Below, one piece after another: positions 19,731-31,131 of a stretch of DNA of 64,000 bases. How positions within the stretch are numbered: position 1 is the stretch's first letter; the number at the start of each line of letters is the position of its first letter. The notes under the pieces are model-generated. The model searched no databases, had not been told where the DNA came from, and saw nothing but the letters and a program-made list of their open reading frames with translations. The position numbers and the translations under genes were made by a program. The stretch is from an uncultured Eubacteriales bacterium (lineage in GTDB: Bacteria; Bacillota; Clostridia; Oscillospirales; UBA644): assembly GCA_934438175.1 (NCBI GenBank), contig CAKSBH010000003.1, positions 107,511 through 171,510 on the forward strand, written 5' to 3'.

Positions 19731-21203
19731 TTACATCCGTCCTTTGATTGCGAGATATTTACGGTATTTTTCTTCCCACAGTTCCGGATTCTCCGGCGTA
19801 TAGACCTTGAGGTCGTCACTCAGTCCGCGGGCTTCGCTCACATCCCGGACAACGCCGAGCGCAATCAGCTGCACCGCAATGTTGCCCATTGCCGTCGCCT
19901 CGACCGGACCCGCCGTCACCTTACGTCCGGTTACCGATGCCGTGAAGCGGCAAAGATTCACGTCTTTGACACCGCCTCCGATCAGATGAATCACATCGAT
20001 ACGGCGTCCCAGCAGTTTTTCCAGATTCTCGGTATAATACCGGTAGGTCATGGCAAGACTTTCCAGGATGCAAAGAGCCGTCTGTCCTTTTGTCGCCGGC
20101 AGCGGCTGGCTTGTTCCGGAAAGAAATTCGTTGATTTTTTCCACCATTCTGCCCGGTTTTCCGAACGGCTCGTAGTCCGGATCGATGTAAACGTCAGCAC
20201 TCTTCTCGGTCAGAAGCATCCGGTCAATGTCCTTGAAAGAGATGTTCTCCCCTTCCCACACCCATTGACGCCGCGTTTCCTGAAGAATCCACAGTCCGGA
20301 AATATTTTTAAGAAAGCGGATGGTGTGTCCCACACCGCCTTCGTTGGTGAAGTTTTCCGCAAACGTCTTTTCGTTGATCAGCGGCTCGTTCAGCTCCGCA
20401 CCGAGAAGAGACCATGTTCCGCAGGAGATGCAGCAGCAGCTTTCGCCCGGAACAATCGGAGCGGCAACATAGGCCGATGCCGTATCGTGCGAACCGCAGG
20501 CAATAATGGGAATTTCACCGATGCCGAGTTCCGATGCGATCTCCGGCAACAGCGTGCCGATGACATTGCCCGGCTCCCGCACCTCGCCGAAGATGCGCTC
20601 CGGCAGTCCCAACCGGGAAATCAGTTCCCGGTCCCAATCCCGGGATGCGGCGTTCAGCAACTGCGAAGTGGAAGCAATGGTGTATTCCACATTCTTTTTA
20701 CCGGTGAGAAGATAGGCAAACAAATCCGGCATAAACAGAAGGGTTTCCGCACGGTCGAGAACGTCCGGACGGTTCTTCTTCAGCGCATACAGATGAAAGA
20801 TGGTGTTGATGTCCATGATCTGAATGCCCGTCCGCTCATAAAGCCATTCTTTTCCGACAACGCGGAACACTTCGTCTGCCATGCCCTTGGTGCGCTCATC
20901 ACGGTAATGCACGGGATTTTCCAGCAGTTTCCCGTCCTTATCCAACAAACCGAAGTCAACACCCCAGGTGTCGATGCCAATGGATGAAATATCCGCGTTC
21001 CCGCTGCTGACACATTTGAGAATCCCCTGCTTGATTTCATAAAACAGGCGCAGAACATCCCAATAGAAGGTGCCGTGAACCATGACCGGATCATTGGAAA
21101 AACGGTGGATCTCCTCCAAAGACAGCGATCCGTTCTCATAGGTAGCCAGAATCGCTCTGCCGCTGGATGCTCCGAAATCAAATGCCAGAACTTTCTTTTT
21201 CAT
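19731..21203 (-). CDS. FGGY-family carbohydrate kinase, rhamnulokinase-like
   Basis: N-terminal AFDFGASSGR and the FGGY N- and C-domains. 490 aa. Confidence 0.8.
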   Translation of the reverse strand: MKKKVLAFDFGASSGRAILATYENGSLSLEEIHRFSNDPVMVHGTFYWDVLRLFYEIKQGILKCVSSGNADISSIGIDTWGVDFGLLDKDGKLLENPVHYRDERTKGMADEVFRVVGKEWLYERTGIQIMDINTIFHLYALKKNRPDVLDRAETLLFMPDLFAYLLTGKKNVEYTIASTSQLLNAASRDWDRELISRLGLPERIFGEVREPGNVIGTLLPEIASELGIGEIPIIACGSHDTASAYVAAPIVPGESCCCISCGTWSLLGAELNEPLINEKTFAENFTNEGGVGHTIRFLKNISGLWILQETRRQWVWEGENISFKDIDRMLLTEKSADVYIDPDYEPFGKPGRMVEKINEFLSGTSQPLPATKGQTALCILESLAMTYRYYTENLEKLLGRRIDVIHLIGGGVKDVNLCRFTASVTGRKVTAGPVEATAMGNIAVQLIALGVVRDVSEARGLSDDLKVYTPENPELWEEKYRKYLAIKGRM

Positions 21204-21389
21204 AAGGTCTTGCCCTCCGGATTCATTATAATAAACTTTTTTTAGATTATATCACCGAAACCCGGATTTGTCAAGAATCCGCAGGGCTTCTTGACAGGGT
21301 TCCGCCGCCCATGCTATAATGAAGAAAAAACGCCGCATCTCCCGTGTTTTTTCTTTCACGGGAAAGATGCCGGAACGGGAGATTTTTTC

Positions 21390-21995
21390 ATGAACAAGAC
21401 CTGCATTATCCGCCCAATCGGCACCCACTCGCTTTCTCTGCAGGAGCATGCCTGGGAGACGATTGAAAAACAGGTGCTGGACTGCACCAATTTCAGCCCG
21501 GGCATCCGCTGTCCGCACGTTACGGCACGCATTGTCGCCTCGGCAGACGGCTTTACGGTGCGTTTTGACAGCAACGAAACCGACCCCGCAACCCGCTACT
21601 CCAGTTTCAACGATCCCGCATGGCTGGACAGCTGCGTAGAATTCTTTTTTGCGCCGGACGGCACACAGCCGGATGTCTATCTCAACTTTGAACAAAGCGC
21701 CGGAGGTGCGCTGCTGATTCAGAAGGGAACGAAATCCGACCGCACCAATCTGGAAGGATCTCTCGCAGAATTCGAAATTGAACGGGACATCCGCGAAGAC
21801 GGCTGGTCGGTCAAATTCTTTGTGCCCTTTTCGTTCCTTCTCCGCCATTTCCCCCGCATCGACCGGACCTTCCGGGGGAATTTCCAGTTCTGCAACGAAG
21901 ACAAGAACTTCTATGTTACATGGAACCGTATCGAAAACCCCACGCCGCAGTTCCATCTGCCGGAATTTTTCGGCGTTTTTGAAACGGATTTGTAA
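21390..21995 (+). CDS. hypothetical protein, possibly carbohydrate-binding family 9-like (DOMON-like) fold
   Basis: Start moved to MNKTCIIRP. Weak recollection of CBM9-like proteins (DSCVEFFFAP..., WSVKFFVPF). An equal-length antisense ORF was rejected. Confidence 0.5.
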   Translation: MNKTCIIRPIGTHSLSLQEHAWETIEKQVLDCTNFSPGIRCPHVTARIVASADGFTVRFDSNETDPATRYSSFNDPAWLDSCVEFFFAPDGTQPDVYLNFEQSAGGALLIQKGTKSDRTNLEGSLAEFEIERDIREDGWSVKFFVPFSFLLRHFPRIDRTFRGNFQFCNEDKNFYVTWNRIENPTPQFHLPEFFGVFETDL

Positions 21996-22031
21996 GAAGA
22001 AAATTTTTTTCGGATTTTAACCAAAAACCTC

Positions 22032-22059
22032 TTGAAATTTTTGGAAATTGTGCTATAAT
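22032..22059 (+). promoter_or_regulatory. groESL promoter
   Basis: TTGAAA-16 nt-TGcTATAAT (extended -10). Confidence 0.75.
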
Positions 22060-22067
22060 AAGAGTCG

Positions 22068-22094
22068 TTAGCACTCAGGAGCAAAGAGTGCTAA
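22068..22094 (+). promoter_or_regulatory. CIRCE operator (HrcA binding site)
   Basis: Exact consensus TTAGCACTC-N9-GAGTGCTAA between the promoter and groES. Confidence 0.95.
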
Positions 22095-22129
22095 CCGTTC
22101 CGAAAAAGAAATCAAAAATATCATCATAA

Positions 22130-22429
<300 letters not shown>

Positions 22430-22451
22430 TCTTCAGAAAAGGAGTGCATGA

Positions 22452-24080
<1,629 letters not shown>

Positions 24081-24098
24081 TTCCGACGAATTGATCAA

Positions 24099-24128
24099 AG
24101 AATCTGCACTTCGGTGCAGATTCTTTTT
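24099..24128 (+). terminator. intrinsic terminator after groEL
   Basis: AGAATCTGCAC-TTCG-GTGCAGATTCT followed by TTTT. Confidence 0.8.
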
Positions 24129-24180
24129 GTTTCGCCGGTTTCTTTTGCAACAATTTTCCCGCAAATGCCGAAATCAGGTG

Positions 24181-24209
24181 TTGAAAAACCGGAAAGAATA
24201 TGGTATAAT
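24181..24209 (+). promoter_or_regulatory. promoter of the yybS-gdpP-rplI-dnaB cluster
   Basis: TTGAAA-17 nt-(TGg)TATAAT. Confidence 0.65.
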
Positions 24210-24287
24210 ACAAGATACTATAATTGGGATATATTAACAGTTCGGGATGTTGAAATGCTTCACTCCCGGTTCCGAGAGGAAATTTCT

Positions 24288-25340
24288 ATGATGAAAACCG
24301 TTTTCCGAACAGGACTTCTTCCCCTGCTTGCCTTTGCCGCCGTTTGCGTCGCATATCTGTCATCGGCATCCGTTGTCGGACTTGCCCTGTTTCTTCCGGC
24401 AATCCTCGTTGCCTGTGTCGCGTTCGGCTATTCCGTGGCATGCCAGGAGACCCCAACCGTCCCCGTCATTCTGGTCACCGCCTGCACAGCGCTTCTGGCT
24501 TGGCTGACACACGATGTTTCGGGCGCGCTTCTGCTTCTAACGCTGTTTGTTCCGGTCGGACTTGCCGTCGGCATAACCCTCCATCGCAAAAAGCCCGTCA
24601 ACTCTGCCGCCCTGCTGGTGGTTTATCTGGCATTGTTTTTGTTTGCGGCGACCTTTGCCGCCTTTGTTGTGGAGGCTTCCGATTCCGGCTTTTCCGTTGC
24701 CCAGGCAACGGACGTGCTGAAGGCACAGGTCCGTCCGATCTTTGACCAGTATTACGACCTGCTGAACGAACAGATGAACACGGCAAATCCCGTCGTGGAT
24801 TACCGCCCGTTGCTTGCCCTCGGCAAAGACGGCTTTGCCGAACAGATGGGCGTCCAGACGCTTCAGGTGCTTGCCGCCTGGCTGCCGACTCTTCTGCTTG
24901 CCGTAACGGCGGGATGTTACTATCTGTGCGGCGTTCTTCTGCGCCGCCGCGGCATATCGGATGCCGCAACCCCATTCGATCGTATCCGCATCGAAAAATC
25001 CACCGCAATCGTCTATCTGCTTTCGGTCGTTGCCGGATTGGTGACCCTGCTGTTCACCGACATGCCTCTCTGGATTCAGATCGTCGTCCTTCTGGCGGAA
25101 AATGCCTTGCAGACCGTATTCTTCGCGGAAGGGCTTTCCGTCGTTGTGTATTACATGAAAAACGTCCGCTGCGCCTCAGCCGGCGCCGTGCGGACACTGG
25201 TTGTTTTCATTCTGCTGTTCGCCGTAGTCCTGTTTCTGCTGATGGGCTCCGACCTGATTCTTCTGGTTCTTTCCGGGCTCGGCGTGCTGGATGCTTTTTC
25301 CGATCTTCGTAAAAGATTCGGAGAAGGAGGGAAAATCTGA
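24288..25340 (+). CDS. yybS: YybS-family (DUF2232) polytopic membrane protein
   Basis: Multi-TM protein in the conserved position directly upstream of gdpP. Start moved to MMKTVFRTG (SD GAGAGGA). Confidence 0.75.
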   Translation: MMKTVFRTGLLPLLAFAAVCVAYLSSASVVGLALFLPAILVACVAFGYSVACQETPTVPVILVTACTALLAWLTHDVSGALLLLTLFVPVGLAVGITLHRKKPVNSAALLVVYLALFLFAATFAAFVVEASDSGFSVAQATDVLKAQVRPIFDQYYDLLNEQMNTANPVVDYRPLLALGKDGFAEQMGVQTLQVLAAWLPTLLLAVTAGCYYLCGVLLRRRGISDAATPFDRIRIEKSTAIVYLLSVVAGLVTLLFTDMPLWIQIVVLLAENALQTVFFAEGLSVVVYYMKNVRCASAGAVRTLVVFILLFAVVLFLLMGSDLILLVLSGLGVLDAFSDLRKRFGEGGKI

Positions 25341-27307
25341 TGAACCGAACTGTTTTTTATGCCATTCTGGAGCGTATGCAGTATCTGGTTGCCCTGTTCT
25401 TCGTTATTCTGCTTAATGTACTGGCACCTTCGCCGATCAGCTCCACCTCGCTTGCCGTTTTCTGCATCTATGTCGCGCTGTCGGAAGTTTTTCTGTATCT
25501 GAAATCCACCGACACCCGCACGCTGTCTTCCGATGTTCTTGCCACGCTCAGCCCCGCTTCCCGGCACCGCATTCAGGATTTTCCGCTTCCGCTGGTTATC
25601 TGCGAGGCAAACGGAGATGTGGTCTGGTATGACGAAGCGTTTGTGAACGCCGTGTCCGACGAATCCATCCGGTCTCTCAAAAACGTCAAGGCGCTGGATT
25701 CTTCCATTCTTTCCCGTCCGGAGACCAAAGTCTTTTTTGATCAGAAGCATTTTTCCGTTTACCGTGACGAGTTCACAGCAAAGAACAAAGAAAAACACGT
25801 TTTGTATTTTGTCGACATTACGGACTACAAACGTCTGCAACGGCAGTACAACCTTTCCAAGCCCATTGTGGCACACATCGTCGTGGACAACTACGACGAC
25901 CTGTTCCAGCGCGCCAGCGAAAGCGAAAAATCGGGAACGATGGCCATGATTGATCTCGCTCTGGCAAACTGGGCACAGTCTGTGGAAGGAATGCTGAAAA
26001 AAACCGGAAACAACGCTTATCTGTTTCTGTTCCGCAACCAGGATCTATCCAAATTCACGGAAGCCAAATTTTCTATCCTTGATGAAATCCGTTCGCTCAA
26101 CATCTCCCTGTCCGTTTCCCCGACGCTGTCCATCGGCATCGGCATGGGTTCCGACACGTTTGCCGGAAACGACGCGGATGCCGCACTGGCACTGGATATG
26201 GCACTCAGCCGCGGCGGCGATCAGGCGGTCATCAAAGAAGGAAGCAACTTTGAATTTTTCGGAGGCAAGACCAAGGGCGTGGAAAAACGCACCAAGGTCA
26301 AGGCCCGCGTGGTGGCGGCGACGTTTACGGACCTGCTCCGCAACGTTGACACCGTTCTGGTGATGGGGCATCAATTCTCAGACTTCGACTCGCTCGGCGC
26401 CTGCGTTGGCATTGCAAGAATCGCCCGCAACGCAGGGAAAAAGGTTGGCATCGTCTACGACAAGAACTCTACGCTTGCGGGAGAACTGTATCAGTCCCTC
26501 GTCGCCGTTCCGGAACTCGCAGCCCTGTTTGTAGACCCGGAGACCGCGATGGTCATGGATGGCGAAAACACGCTGGTCGTCGTTGTGGACACGCACCGTC
26601 CCAATTATACCACCATGCCGGATCTTCTCCGGTTCACCAAGCACATTGCCGTCATCGACCATCACCGCAAAGCGGCAGATTTCATTGAAAACACCGAGAT
26701 GTTCTTCCACGAACCGTATGCGTCCTCCGTTTGCGAAATGGTGACGGAAATGATGCAGTATATGAACGTAGACAATCTTTCCGTTCCGGAAGCGGAGGCA
26801 CTGTTTGCCGGCATCTGTCTGGATACCAAGAATTTTACACTCCGTACAAGCAACTACACCTTTGAGGCATCGTCTTTCCTGCGCAAGGCAGGAGCCGACC
26901 CGGTCAATGTCCGCAGATTCTTCCAGACGGATATGGACACTTACATGAAACGGATGCGGATGGTACGCACAGCCAAAATCTATAAGGATGTTTTTGCCGT
27001 CGCCTGCTGGTCCGAACCCGTTCCCGCATCGGAGTTCCGCATTGTTGCCTCACAGGCGGCAGACGAAATGCTCAACATTGAAGGGGTCTGCGCATCGTTC
27101 ACCTTGTTTGAAGACGCAGAAACCGGTCGGATCAACATTTCCGGACGTTCTCTCGGCATTGTCAACGTGCAGTTGATTGCCGAAGGGCTTGGCGGAGGCG
27201 GGCACCAGACGATGGCGGCGGCACAGTTGATCGGCGTTACCATGGATGATGCGCTGGAACGTCTTCAGAACGTGATTGATGACTATATCAACAACAGAAA
27301 AATCTGA
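25340..27307 (+). CDS. gdpP: GdpP-type DHH/DHHA1 phosphodiesterase (cyclic-di-AMP phosphodiesterase)
   Basis: 2 N-terminal TM, PAS-like and degenerate GGDEF regions. DHH motifs (GHQFSDFDSLG, VIDHHR) and GGGGH. Confidence 0.88.
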   Translation: MNRTVFYAILERMQYLVALFFVILLNVLAPSPISSTSLAVFCIYVALSEVFLYLKSTDTRTLSSDVLATLSPASRHRIQDFPLPLVICEANGDVVWYDEAFVNAVSDESIRSLKNVKALDSSILSRPETKVFFDQKHFSVYRDEFTAKNKEKHVLYFVDITDYKRLQRQYNLSKPIVAHIVVDNYDDLFQRASESEKSGTMAMIDLALANWAQSVEGMLKKTGNNAYLFLFRNQDLSKFTEAKFSILDEIRSLNISLSVSPTLSIGIGMGSDTFAGNDADAALALDMALSRGGDQAVIKEGSNFEFFGGKTKGVEKRTKVKARVVAATFTDLLRNVDTVLVMGHQFSDFDSLGACVGIARIARNAGKKVGIVYDKNSTLAGELYQSLVAVPELAALFVDPETAMVMDGENTLVVVVDTHRPNYTTMPDLLRFTKHIAVIDHHRKAADFIENTEMFFHEPYASSVCEMVTEMMQYMNVDNLSVPEAEALFAGICLDTKNFTLRTSNYTFEASSFLRKAGADPVNVRRFFQTDMDTYMKRMRMVRTAKIYKDVFAVACWSEPVPASEFRIVASQAADEMLNIEGVCASFTLFEDAETGRINISGRSLGIVNVQLIAEGLGGGGHQTMAAAQLIGVTMDDALERLQNVIDDYINNRKI

Positions 27308-27326
27308 GAAAAGGAGAAAATTTCTC

Positions 27327-27776
27327 ATGGAAGTCATTTTGCAGAAAGACATCAAAGCCCTCGGAAAGAAAGGGCAGAAGGTTTCCGTTTCCGACGGTTA
27401 CGGAAGAAATTACCTGCTTCCCCGCGGGCTTGCGGTAGAAGCAAACGCAGCAAACCTCAACACCATGGCAACGCAGGACGCCGCCAAAGCGTATCACAAG
27501 CAGGTGGAATACGACAACGCCGTGGCACAGAAAAAAGCACTGGAGGGAAAAACCGTTACCATCCGTGCCAAAATGGGTCAGAACGGAAAACTGTTCGGCA
27601 CCATCACCTCCAAAGAAATTGCCGAAGAACTGACCCGCACGGCAGGCGTGGAGCTGGACAAGAAAAAAATCACGCTCTCTGCCCCGATCAAAGGTGAGGG
27701 AACCTATACCGCTGAAATCCGGCTGTATCCGGAAGTAAGCTGTAATGTTACCGTTTGCATTGTAGCGGAAGCATAA
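27327..27776 (+). CDS. rplI: 50S ribosomal protein L9
   Basis: MEVILQKDIKALGKKGQKVSVSDGYGRNYLLP. Start moved from the track's 27276. Confidence 0.95.
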   Translation: MEVILQKDIKALGKKGQKVSVSDGYGRNYLLPRGLAVEANAANLNTMATQDAAKAYHKQVEYDNAVAQKKALEGKTVTIRAKMGQNGKLFGTITSKEIAEELTRTAGVELDKKKITLSAPIKGEGTYTAEIRLYPEVSCNVTVCIVAEA

Positions 27777-27797
27777 AATCCGAACAAAAAAGAGAGG

Positions 27798-29201
27798 GTG
27801 CCCGACATGGCAGCAGACCAGAAAAAAACGGATCGTCTTCTTGAATTGCGACCCGACAAAGCCATTCCCTACAGCGTAGAAGCCGAGCAAGCGGTCCTCG
27901 GCGGCATTTTGCTGGATCCGAAAGAAATTGCCACAGCAGCGGCAGCGCTTGTACCGGACAGTTTTTATGTGACCAGGCACCGGGATATTTTTGAAACCAT
28001 GGTTGAGATCTCCGACGACTCGCTTGCCGTCGAAGGTCTCGTTTTGCTGGAACGGCTTCGCAACAAGGGCATTTTCAAAACGGATGAAGACAAGTCGTAT
28101 CTTCTGTCTCTTGCCGATGCGGCATCCCGAATTTCCGATATCCGCTACTTCATCAACATTGTACGGGAAAAATATCTGCTTCGCAAAATCATTGAGACGT
28201 GTGCGGATGTTGCCGACCGAAGCTATGACAATGAGGAGCCGGAATCCGTTCTGGATCTTGCGCAGAGCCGGTTTTCGTCACTGCAAAACGGGGATGCGGG
28301 AAAAGATTTTCAAAACCTGCAAACGCTGGTTAAAAACGAAATCCAACGTCTGGATGAGATGCAGCAGGATGAGACCGGAAAATTCGAACCGCTGAAAACC
28401 GGAATCGGAACCTTCGACAACATCTACGGCGGTCTGAACAACGGAAACCTCGTCATTCTCGCTGCCCGTCCCGGTGTCGGCAAAACGTCCTTTGCGCTGA
28501 ACATCGGCTACAACGTGGCAACCTCACAACGGTACGCTCCGAAAAAGAGCGTCGTGTTCTTCTCGCTGGAAATGTCCAACGAAGAAATTGCCCGCCGTCT
28601 GATTTCCATTGCGCTGCTGATTGACAGTGAAAAACTGCGGCTCGGCAGAATTTCCGACCGGGAATGGGACGAGTTGTATGATTTCCGCCGCAACACGCTT
28701 GCCGGCAGCAATTTGGTCTGCTGCGAAAATTCCGCCATTACCGTTGCGGAGATGAAAGGAAAACTCCGCTCGGTCAAAAACCTCGGGCTGGTGATTATCG
28801 ACTATCTGCAGCTGATGGGAAGCGGAAACAATCCGAACCGTGTGCAAGAAATTTCCGATCTCACCCGTTCGCTGAAGCTGATGGCAAAAGAACTGGGCGT
28901 TCCCGTTCTTCTGCTTTCGCAGCTGTCCCGTGCGGTAACCAAGCGGGAAGACCCCACCCCACAGCTTGCCGACCTCCGCGATTCCGGTTCTATCGAACAG
29001 GATGCCGACGTCGTCATCTTCCTCGACCGCCCGGAAACACGCTCTCCCGATGCCAAACGCCGCGGGGTCTGCGACGTATTCGTGCAGAAAAACCGCCATG
29101 GACAAACCGGGAAATTCACGCTTGCCTGGGATGGCAAGCACACCTCATTCAACGGCATTGAACACGACCTTGACGTGCCGGAGGACGAGGAAAACGTATG
29201 A
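27798..29201 (+). CDS. dnaB: replicative DNA helicase (DnaB family)
   Basis: Walker A ARPGVGKTSFALN and DYLQLM. 467 aa. Confidence 0.95.
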   Translation: MPDMAADQKKTDRLLELRPDKAIPYSVEAEQAVLGGILLDPKEIATAAAALVPDSFYVTRHRDIFETMVEISDDSLAVEGLVLLERLRNKGIFKTDEDKSYLLSLADAASRISDIRYFINIVREKYLLRKIIETCADVADRSYDNEEPESVLDLAQSRFSSLQNGDAGKDFQNLQTLVKNEIQRLDEMQQDETGKFEPLKTGIGTFDNIYGGLNNGNLVILAARPGVGKTSFALNIGYNVATSQRYAPKKSVVFFSLEMSNEEIARRLISIALLIDSEKLRLGRISDREWDELYDFRRNTLAGSNLVCCENSAITVAEMKGKLRSVKNLGLVIIDYLQLMGSGNNPNRVQEISDLTRSLKLMAKELGVPVLLLSQLSRAVTKREDPTPQLADLRDSGSIEQDADVVIFLDRPETRSPDAKRRGVCDVFVQKNRHGQTGKFTLAWDGKHTSFNGIEHDLDVPEDEENV

Positions 29202-30505
29202 CACGGTTTGCGGAAAAAACCCGGAGGTTTCTTGCCGACAACGATCTGTTTCATAACTGCACCGGCTGTCTTCTTGCCGTATCCGGAGGACCGGATTCCA
29301 TGGCAATGCTGCGCTTCTTCTGCTCCGAGCAATTTCCTTTTCCGATTGCCGTTGCCCATGTTCATCACGGGCTTCGCCGCGAATCCGACGCCGAACAGAA
29401 AATGGTGGAACGCTTCTGCCGGGCAAACAACATTCCGTTTTATCTGCATAAAGCCGACATCCGCCGCACACGTCCCAAAGGAACCTCCGAGGAATCCCAC
29501 GCGCGACAGATCCGGTATGCTTTTTTTGAAGAACAGCGCAAGGCACTCGGCTTTTCACATCTTGCCACGGCACATACGGCAGACGACAACGTAGAAGTGT
29601 TTTTTCTTCACCTTGTACGGGGAAGCGGAACGGCCGGGCTGTGCGGCATGGAGCCGCTCCGGGACGGACACATCGCCCATCCTCTGCTTGCCGTGACCAA
29701 AGCGGATACCGTTTCCTACTGCCGGGAAACCGGCACACCCTATGCCATTGACCGTACCAATACCGAACCGATCTGCCGGCGAAACCGGCTGCGCAACGAA
29801 ATTTTACCGTTATTCCATGCGGAAAACCCGTCGTTTTCCGAAGCTGTTCTCCGCACCGAGCGCACACTTGCCGCGGATGAATGTTTTTTATCCGCCGAGG
29901 CGGAAACGGTGCGAAAGCGTCTGACGGTCTCCGGAACGGAGCTGAAACTGGACCCAACCGTTCCCCCCGCCCTGCTGTCGCGGGCTCTGATTGCGTTTTT
30001 CAAAACGCTGTCGGACACGATGCTGTCGCAGAAGCATGTGGACGCACTGACCGAACTGATTTACAAAAAGAAAACCTCGGCATCCGTTCAGTTGCCGGAC
30101 GGATTCACCGCAAAACGCGACTATACCGTTCTGCGGTTCTTTCGTGAAGAACCGGAAGCCGTTCGTTTCGGCCCGATTCCGGTTGCAATCGGAGACGTCG
30201 AGCTTCCCGGCATCGGCATTCTGCGGGTAACTCATGTGCAGACCGGAGCGGATTTGAACGATGAACATTGCCACGATCTTTCTGTCCGCTCGTTTCAGAC
30301 AGGAGACCGGGTCTGCTTTTTCCGGAAAGCCGGCTCCAAAACACTGAAAAAATTGTTTTCCGACAGCAAAATCCCCGCAACCGAACGCATGAAAATTCCT
30401 GTCGTCACCGCTTCCGGGACGCCCGCCTGGGTTTCCGGATTCGGCACGGATTGCGCCTTTTCACACGGAAGTGCGGGACTTTCGTTCGTTCTTTTGAAAA
30501 AGTAA
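29198..30505 (+). CDS. tilS: tRNA(Ile)-lysidine synthase
   Basis: PP-loop AVSGGPDS. ATGA overlap with dnaB. Confidence 0.9.
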   Translation: MTRFAEKTRRFLADNDLFHNCTGCLLAVSGGPDSMAMLRFFCSEQFPFPIAVAHVHHGLRRESDAEQKMVERFCRANNIPFYLHKADIRRTRPKGTSEESHARQIRYAFFEEQRKALGFSHLATAHTADDNVEVFFLHLVRGSGTAGLCGMEPLRDGHIAHPLLAVTKADTVSYCRETGTPYAIDRTNTEPICRRNRLRNEILPLFHAENPSFSEAVLRTERTLAADECFLSAEAETVRKRLTVSGTELKLDPTVPPALLSRALIAFFKTLSDTMLSQKHVDALTELIYKKKTSASVQLPDGFTAKRDYTVLRFFREEPEAVRFGPIPVAIGDVELPGIGILRVTHVQTGADLNDEHCHDLSVRSFQTGDRVCFFRKAGSKTLKKLFSDSKIPATERMKIPVVTASGTPAWVSGFGTDCAFSHGSAGLSFVLLKK

Positions 30506-30564
30506 CAATTCATTCGCAATCTTTATTTGAATTCCGTATATAATAAGAGGAGGATTTCCCACAT

Positions 30565-31101
30565 ATGTTCGCAAAAAACATTTCCGTCATGATCAGCGAA
30601 AAGGAACTCGCCGATCGCGTGGCGGAGCTCGGCAAACAGATTACGGAGGATTACCGCAACCGCAGCAACAAACTTCTTTTTGTCGGTATCCTCAAGGGCT
30701 CTGTCGTTTTTCTTTCCGACCTGATCCGTGCCGTAGACCTGCCGCTGACCATCGACTTTATGATCGCTTCCAGTTATGGCTCACAGACAACGTCCGACGG
30801 TGTTGTGACCATCCGCAAAGACATCGCGCAGGATCTCACGGGCTATGACATCATCATCGTGGAGGATATTCTGGACAGCGGCTTTACGCTGGATAAGATC
30901 TGCAACGTTCTGCGTGGCAGAAATGCCGAAAGCGTACGCATCTGCACCCTGCTGGAAAAACCGGCACGCCGCAAGGTACACATTGACGTGGACTATTGCG
31001 GATTTTCCATAGAAGATCAATTTATTGTCGGATACGGGCTGGACTACGACCAGCAGTACCGGAATCTTCCGTTTATCGGCGTTGTCGAAGGCATTGACTG
31101 A
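30565..31101 (+). CDS. hpt: hypoxanthine phosphoribosyltransferase
   Basis: PRPP motif IIIVEDILDSGFTL. Conserved tilS-hpt-ftsH order. Confidence 0.93.
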   Translation: MFAKNISVMISEKELADRVAELGKQITEDYRNRSNKLLFVGILKGSVVFLSDLIRAVDLPLTIDFMIASSYGSQTTSDGVVTIRKDIAQDLTGYDIIIVEDILDSGFTLDKICNVLRGRNAESVRICTLLEKPARRKVHIDVDYCGFSIEDQFIVGYGLDYDQQYRNLPFIGVVEGID

Positions 31102-31131
31102 AACGGATAAAGCCAAAGGAGTGAGCATTTT

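Noticed and set aside
21252-21956. 234-aa minus-strand ORF mirroring the 21291-21995 plus-strand ORF.
   Set aside because: The plus-strand frame has an SD-like context at the internal ATG (21390), ordinary amino-acid composition and a divergent-promoter arrangement with the kinase gene. The minus frame is Arg/Ala/Gly-rich shadow sequence.
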